Origin: Schmidtea polychroa
Lineage: Eukaryota
NCBI GenBank assembly: GCA_044892525.1
Contig: CM097885.1
Coordinates: 30,258,001-30,322,000 of the forward strand
Direction of reading: 5' to 3'
Length of the DNA: 64,000 nt
Under the pieces are notes generated by a model. The model was not told where the DNA came from. It ran no database searches and saw only the letters and a list, made by a program, of their open reading frames with translations. Shown piece after piece: positions 56,095-64,000 of the stretch. The stretch's first letter is position 1; each line of letters starts with the position of its first letter. The position numbers and the translations under genes were made by a program.

Positions 56095-59000
56095 CATAAT
56101 TATTATAAAAAGATTAGCAATAAACTGGTCAAAAATATTTTTCATACATTGTGAAATTTCTTAATAATGTAAAAAATGATAATCAAATTATAAAACAAAT
56201 TAAATTAATATTCATCACATAAATTTTCATATAGAATGACAATACATAAAATGTAATTAAATTAAAATATAATTATAGCATAAGCTTCTTAAACTAAAAA
56301 AAGATTTTATATTTTTTTCCATTTATTTTTTAATGAAATAATCGATAAAATATGATATATAATTTCAATGATAACAATAATAATAACAAACAATCATTTT
56401 GATTGTCTGAAATTAAAATTTATTTTAATTTATGTACACAAATTATTTATTATATAAAAAAATCGGAAAGTAGAAAGTAAAAAAATAAAAATTAAATTTT
56501 TTGAATCAAATCACTAATTTTTTTATGTGTTACAGCATTATAGGTGATTTTTGAATTTAATGGCCCAAAAATTAGATTATTTGCTGATTAGATCTTCTCC
56601 TAATGATGGAAAAAAGAAGAGACACATTATGTATAAGCTCAAATATTTTCTTTAAAGTCATATAATTGCCTAATCTTGCAATTTCTACTGTTTGAATTTC
56701 ATAATTCGATTGTTACTTAATAAAATATAATGGAAAAGAAATCAGTGGTGAAATTTGAAAAAAAAAACTTCAAATTTTACTTTAAAAAATATAAATTAAT
56801 TAATAAATCAGTTCTAAAACATAATTTTATACAATAATATCGATGATCAGATAACTTAGTTATAAACAACAGTAGAAGTTATAGGAAGAAAAATGCGTCA
56901 TTAGAAGTTTATTCATGAATAAGCCAAAAATTCAGATTATAAATATACGTGGTGTACCCAATAAGTAGACTCTTAGAAGTAAATAAATGAAATAAAACAA
57001 ACGGGAAGTATATATTCAATCGTGTATACTACTATTTGTTTTAATCAGTCATTTCTTAATTAAGATATTTTAGCACTTATTTTAAAATGTCCATAGAGTT
57101 CGTGTAATATCGTAGTTTCATTCGCTTTTTTCTTTCTGTAAAGAAGTCAATACAGAACTAAATACTATTTATGGTGATAAGTGCCCACCAAAAGAAACAA
57201 TTACTCCCAGAGTAATAAAACCTCAATTTATGATGATGAATACCAAGACAGACCTTTGCGAAATAAATCTGAGAAATCGAATCTCCCAATTTTTGGACTT
57301 AAATGGAAGTATATAGGCCATCAGATATTGAAGTATTAAAGGCCATTGGATGATTTATTATTCAATTTAGTTTTTACCGTAAATTCGCCATCATAATTGA
57401 CATGTTTTTTTTTATTTTTACTCTCTATATTAACTTCGCTGATGTATGTATGTGCCACGCAAATTTGGTGAGGCCAGATTAACCTAGTTTCCATGATCGG
57501 ATTGAGTTGAAATTCGTTGTCGAGAACATCAAAATTTAAGAACGATCTGATTAGGAAAAGTGGGTTAATTCCAAAAATATTGATATGTCTAATCTAGTGT
57601 TATTTCCTTATTTCAATATAAATTCTTAATTAATTATATCTAAAATCTGTTAATTAAGTTTGAACCTTACTTAACGTGCAAAGTAGTATGAATAATTTCC
57701 TTATGGAGATTTTACGTTGACTTTTTTTCAATATATTATATGAAATATATAGTTCTTGTGCTATAAAAATAAAAACTTTGGACTTGATACAGTGTAAAAT
57801 TTGTGTTCTGTGATTCAAAATTGGAAAGAAAATGTCGTTCTTCGATTGGCTATCAAATTAAAACTTCTTTTAGAAGAACCGAACTTTTAGTTATTTGGGG
57901 TAGCAGATAACTACCACTGAAGATTTGACATTTGTTACCTCAAAAATTAGGTATCTGTTAAACTTTCGATTTCAGTAATGGCGAAGAAAAATAATGAAAA
58001 TGCAGTTCAGAGAAAGCGCTTGAAACGCATATTGAAATTTTAGTTTTGAGTGAAATTAAGAGAATGAAATATAAAAAGAGTTTCAATAACCATGTTTTTA
58101 TGGCTGATTTTTCATAACGTTTATTTTTTGTAAATATTGACGTGTAAATATTTCAATATGGGCCAGTTTTCATAATCCGTATTTTTATGTGTTCATCGGA
58201 ACTTAAATTTCAAAGTTTAGTAGATTAAGTAGCTCGTCGATTTTTTGAAGTATTAATCTTGTATAATATATATTGGTTTTCCCTATTAAATGTTTTATTG
58301 AATACTATTTTCACAGCCTACTTTTGGTGATAGTTTTCATTTTAATGTATTTTGTAAATTTATGTGTTTCAAGCAAAATAATTTTAAATATGCAAAAATT
58401 TTAAATATTTTAAATGTGCATTACAATAAATATTTTGATACTGAAGATGTATCGATTGGTTGGACAATAAAAGTTTTTTTTATAAAAATATAAAATTCGT
58501 AAAATTAGTGAAAGATTTTTTAATTATCTGCCATTAGAATTATAATTATAAATTCATATCTGATAGAAATAGAAAATTGAGTTTTAAAAAGAGAAGCTCG
58601 TAAAATTAAAAACAAAAAATTTTAAAATAATCAATATAAATTTGAATGAAATAGATGTTTATTTATTGTCCAATGGTGTTTTACCTTTAAGCTAGATACT
58701 CGGTTTTTTATTTTAATAACATGTTAATTACTAATTAAAAAGATTAATTGATTATGTGAAAAGGCCGATATCGTTAATTAATGATGAGTTGAATGTCTAG
58801 TGGGAATATCAAAACTTTATATTATTGCTTTCTTTATGGGAGTTTCCTAAAAAGGAAGTTGTAAAAGTATGGAAATATTGAGTTTATTATTAAATATGAA
58901 AAATAAATTCGTTAATTTTCATATTAATGTTTGTAAGACAATAGATCAAAACAATATATAATACACAAAATATGTGAAATACACATTTGATAGAGGCTAC

Positions 59001-59612
59001 GCCAAAATATCGACTACTATGATGATGATGTTTTTACAAATTATGAAATTACAAATTACAATAAAAAAATTACAAACATTAATATGAAATTTATTGAATT
59101 CAAAAAAAGATCAATGGCGAAACCAAAAGATGAATATGGAAGACAGATATTAGGAAACATACAGTAGAATCTACTGAGTAGAGGTATTATATTGCCAAAC
59201 GTGGTCATTGTTGTCAATGTATTACTCAAAGTTTATTTCTGACACCTCATTTGTAACATCTATATCATGTCTTATAATTTCTTACACTATAGTTAAATGA
59301 TAAATACAATTTTGATGAAATTGTTAATTATTACTGTTTAAATTTGTTTTATCGAAGTGGTTAAATACTTTTGAAAATTACCCTCATGTTTACTTAAATG
59401 TATTCCTGTCTAAAGGTTGTCCTTTTAACTTCACGATGAATAATATATTTTCATGTGTGATCAACATGAACAACATGAACTTTTTTCAGATCAGAAGAAA
59501 TATTATAGCAAAATTGACACAATATTCCGAGTGTGAAAGTCAATAATATTTATCACACAATAAATAATGCCATGTTAAAACAAATGCAATCTCAAACTAC
59601 AATGATCTAAAC

Positions 59613-59918
59613 CAGTGATTCTCAACTACAGTGCCGTGAAATTCTTGAAGTGTGGCAGCAAATTTGAGGTTTAACGTCACAAGACGCCATTGTGAAACCA
59701 AAACAGTAAATATGAGATGTGCATGACTATTAGAGTTTTTGACTGGTTCTGGATTTAACCCAAACAATACCACAATATGCTGCTTACAAGCTTAATTAAA
59801 ACGGAATTACTTAAAAGGTAATATACGATACGTCGTTTTTAAATTTATCTTATTGTTAGTGTTGCGGCCAATTTTTTAATTAAAAGTGTATCGTGACGAA
59901 AAAAAGGTTGAATCACAA
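59613..59918. mobile_element. hAT Charlie/SPIN-type MITE
   Basis: CAGTGATTCTCAAC left TIR, degenerate right TIR, perfect 8-bp TSD ATCTAAAC. Confidence 0.8.
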
Positions 59919-60212
59919 ATCTAAACTAATACAAAGATTTATTAAGTAAACTCAAAATTCACTATTTTGTACCTCAAAGCAGTGGTGGGACGCCAATAAG
60001 GGCTGCAGAGTTGCAGCCCTCCCATCAAAATGAAATCATTTTTAAATGATTAAATTATTAATTTATAAGAACTTTTTGTACAAATTTCACCACTGATTTC
60101 TTTTCCATTGACATTGTATTTATTAAAATGCTTGACTATGAATCAGTTAATATATCAAAAACATCGATATATTTATTGATTAATAGTCAAGCTTTTTAAT
60201 AAATATATTATT

Positions 60213-60251
<39 letters not shown>

Positions 60252-61089
60252 CAATGAAAAAAAATACTGACAAATTATGAGTCATCTATTCAATAGATTC
60301 TATTGGTTTGCACACCAACATGCATTATAGATGACACTTCCATAAAATCGGATGTATTGAGATTCTTATTTATTGTCATTAAGATTTATCTATAGTTACA
60401 GAATAAGTAAAATTTTAAAAAGAAAAACAGATCAAAAGTGAAAACAAATTAATGATTTTATAGATAATATTATTATTAACTTTATTTAAACTTACTTATT
60501 TTGAAAAATTATTTTCCTTAAAATTCTAAAAATAAATAATAGTTCTAAAATTCATATTTAATACATGATTATATTTAATTACAAATCAATAATAAAACGC
60601 CAAGATCCAATCAAAACTTAATAATAATTTACAAAATCAATATTTCACTAAAATATAAAATTTATCGATTTATCTCAATAAAGTTCAGTTTTCACCGCAT
60701 GAAATAACGATTTAAAAATTAATTTATTTATTCGTCAATTATATTTAAGATTTTAATTAAATTTTACCAGTCGTCTTGATATATAGTAAAAGAAAAAAAA
60801 ATGAGACAATAATTAATTAATGTGAAATTTATATTTATATTGAATTAACTGTCTGATGTTGGAATTTAAATCGATAAAATTAAAATTCAGTTTAAAAATC
60901 AACCAACCAAATCAAATTATTATTTTTTCCGTAATTAATTATTTGTTTAGAATTTATTTTATTTATTTCATATAATTATTAATATATAAAACAATGAAAG
61001 GCTTAAATTATCACTTTATTGTTTTAAATAATAAATGCTGCTACCAACAAATAATAGTTTTATAATAATAGTTTTATAATAAATTTGAA

Positions 61090-61480
61090 ATAATAGTTCT
61101 GGTTATTCCATATTGAAAAAAGTTTTAAGTTTTCTGTAATGAGAATTCATTGGGCAGTTCCAATATATTTTAAATAGTATCAAAATATTTAAAATCATTA
61201 AATATGTTTAGGAATAAATCTCAAACCCCCAATAGATTTAGGGTACAATACCACATACATTGAAGAGACCGCCCGTCATAGCCGATTGAAAGACATGAGT
61301 CATATTATTGAGCATCGACAACTGTGTAAAAGGGCGACAGACTTGAATGATTTTAAATTTTAATATAAAAACTTTAATAGTGGATAGGAAAGAATTTTAT
61401 GTGAAGCAATGGTCATTAAATCACAATTCCCTATAATTAACATTCAATCAACAACGAATTTATTGAGATTGTTCAAAAAA
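61090..61480 (+). mobile_element. Penelope-like retroelement remnant (GIY-YIG endonuclease)
   Basis: TYIEETARH...SHIIEH..LC...DFKF...ERILCEAMVIKSQFPIINIQ matches the PLE YIGET...H...C...EA..I...P..N.Q pattern. Confidence 0.7.
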
Positions 61481-61526
61481 CTCAATAAATCATAAATATG
61501 GCATAGATTATGATGCAGGCTGATTA

Positions 61527-62359
61527 TGATGATAATTCTAAAATATAAATTAAATTATTATTATATGTTGTCTGTATGTTGGAATTCTTACTTATGCATT
61601 AATTATTTTTATAGAAACTCGCCAAGGATAATTAATTGTGACAAAGGCAAGTCATCTGAATCAAAAATAGTAAAGAAGGTTACAGAAGACCACAATATTG
61701 AAATAAAATATTTAAGTTCATACAATCTTTCAGCGAATGGACAAATTGAGAGACAGTTCCGAACTATTAGAGATGAAATATAGATAACGCATCAAGACAA
61801 AAGGCATAAATCATGGGTTGACATTCTTCCTGGGGTACAATTTTTGATGAATTCATCGTTCCAAAAAACTATTAAGAAAACTCCAGATGAAATGGTGCTT
61901 GGAAAAAAGATTTATAGTGAATGGTTTTTAGAAACACCGATAGATAAAAGAATCAATAAAATAACAAATCGCAATTTTCAAATTGGAGATTATGTTTTGG
62001 TTAAAATGGATATTCGCAATAAAAATCAAAATAGATATATGGAGCCAAGGGAGCTTATTAAGAAGCTGCAAGAACGGAACTATAAAATAAAAATGGAAAT
62101 ACTTTAATTAAAAATATTGAGTGGTTGAAAACTTTTAAACAAGGGGATGTGAGGTGTTCTAAAATATAAATTAAATAAGTATTGTATGTTGTCTGTATGT
62201 TGAAATCCTTACTTATGCATTAATTATTTTTATAGAAACTCCTCAAACAAATTATGATTTGATTTGTTTAAGTACTATTGTGATTAAATAATAAAACGTT
62301 GTATTCGAAATCTTGATTTTAAATGTATTCAATTAATACCAGACGTTATGTGGATAACA
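61527..62359 (+). mobile_element. Internally deleted Gypsy LTR element (LTR part + integrase 3' half + PPT + LTR)
   Basis: Direct repeats 61538-61620 / 62159-62240; CDKGK...ANGQIERQFRTI, TIKKTP, FQIGDYVLV; purine tract AAGGGGA then TG at 62148. Confidence 0.8.
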
Positions 62360-62394
62360 CCGAAAAAATAAGCACAAATGGAGGGAAATGACTA

Positions 62395-62625
62395 AATTGA
62401 AGAACAATGTAACAATAAATAAGTCACAAAAACAAACTTTTGAACATGTTGGAATCCATTTGTCTAATCCAGTACTTAGTTATGGTCAATCATGTGGATT
62501 TTTACGATGTCGGTCTCGCGAAAACAATAAAGTCAAGATCTCCAAAATATGTCTCCAAGGAAATCGTTATGAACAATCGAAATTGAATAATAATAATGTT
62601 TGTACATAAAATATCGTGTATATAA
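62395..62625 (+). mobile_element. Helitron PIF1-helicase C-terminal remnant
   Basis: VTINKSQKQTFEHVGIHLSNPVLSYGQ...T*NIVY (cf. MTINKSQGQT...PVFSHGQLYV). Confidence 0.8.
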
Positions 62626-62888
62626 TTATTTTTGTGAATTAAATAATTCATCAATCTAGATGTTGGAAAATAGTATTAAACTTTTCATTTCTTTATATTC
62701 ATCAATCAACTATCAAAAAATATTCAACAAGGAAAAAAACAAAATTATCACCATCATCCTGGAAATGTGGCGGAAACTGTGACTATGATAACTTATTTTG
62801 AAGGTTTCGGTAATAAATGACAAAATCTGTAAGTAGAATTTGTATTGAATGTAGAAATAGATCGAATGCAGCAGGGTTTATACATTTT

Positions 62889-63560
62889 TGGTCTGGTTCA
62901 ATTTCCCGACAATCACTTTTCCGACAATCACTTTCCCGACAAACGGTTTAAAAAAGTCGATAATTCAGTTGAGTGTATTATTCGAGGCGAAGAACGTCCA
63001 AGGCAAAAGAAAAAAGTGATTGAAAGAGATAGAAGAATCTTAACATTTTTTAATAACAGTGGAAATTTAACTTTATTAGATTATCTTCGTGGCATTGCTC
63101 ATAGTGTTTCTTTATGAATAAGCTCTTTAAATTAAACATTTTTAATTTATTTATGTTTTAAATTTATGTTTAGTTTTCTAATATATTCTATTTACGTTTT
63201 TTAGCAGACAATTTTTGTTGATATTTTTTTATAATGCTTAGCTCAAGCTTTAATATTTATAAAAACCTTTATGAATATGAATTTCAAAACAGAAGTCTGA
63301 AAATTAAATTTTAATCCTTTCATTGATTATTCACTTATTTTTCAATTTATTTTTCAATTCTTATGACTCAAAATTAAATTATATTTATTATTTATTTTTT
63401 ACCTTGAATAATTATTTTTTTAACTTTTATTAAAAAAAAATTCACCTTAATTTTTTTTTTCTTATAACTAGTTTTAACTTAAATAATTTCTATTTATTAA
63501 AGTGATTGTGGGAATGTGATCATGTCAGGAAAGTGATTGTCGGGAAAGTGATCGCCACCC
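62889..63560 (+). mobile_element. Mutator-like (MULE) deletion derivative
   Basis: TIRs built of TTTCCCGACAATCAC units, 9-bp TSD ATACATTTT, and transposase tail LLDYLRGIAHSVSL. Confidence 0.85.
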
Positions 63561-64000
63561 ATACATTTTATTCCTTTTAAAAAATGAGCTTAGAACATTT
63601 TTTATCAATCTTCTGTCTTTGAAAGATTTCATGGTTTTCTAAAGTACTATTATTTATCAATGGTGCGTTTTATCTCAAACTATCCGACAATAGGCGCTAT
63701 TTATCAAATGATAGTACCAGAGACATATTTGCTACTCTGTAACAAACTATAAAACAATTTATGAAAATTTCCTGCTTGATATTTATTTCCCAATTATGTT
63801 TTTTTATAATTACATAAACCGCTTTGTAAATAAGCAATTTACATACCGACAAATCATAACTTTCATGAACCAATATTTGCCAGATTTTATAAGATCTTAT
63901 ATTACTAACAAAATTACATTTGTTAGATCCGCTAATCATTAGAAACAAAAAAAATTCATCAATTAAACAAAAATGTATAAAAATATATATAGAAATGAAA

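Overview
Very AT-rich eukaryotic DNA with long (TAT)n and (TA)n microsatellites, short introns and many decayed transposons. It looks like an invertebrate genome, and a planarian is a guess from composition only. The first ~11 kb is a decaying Polinton/Maverick (adintovirus-type endogenous virus). Its minus-strand virion block contains a packaging ATPase, small basic core-like proteins, a retroviral-type integrase, the minor and major capsid proteins, an adenain-type protease and a DEDD-like gene. Its plus-strand arm has a protein-primed PolB fragment and ends in an AGTAG-type terminus at ~10991. Inside the element, head-to-head with the ATPase, is an uninterrupted 144-aa TATA-binding-protein (TBP)-like ORF. 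The element also carries two canonical TATA+Inr promoters with private repeat arrays, and an unannotated spliced gene. Host genes are an intronless PIM-like kinase, a single-exon class A GPCR and one LRP2BP-like exon. The rest is remnants of hAT, piggyBac, mariner, Tigger, Mutator, Helitron, Gypsy and Penelope elements, a second PolB remnant, a degraded 28S rRNA fragment, and two families of microsatellite-associated fold-back repeats with hammerhead-like cores. All homology calls come from motif recognition by eye; no searches were run.
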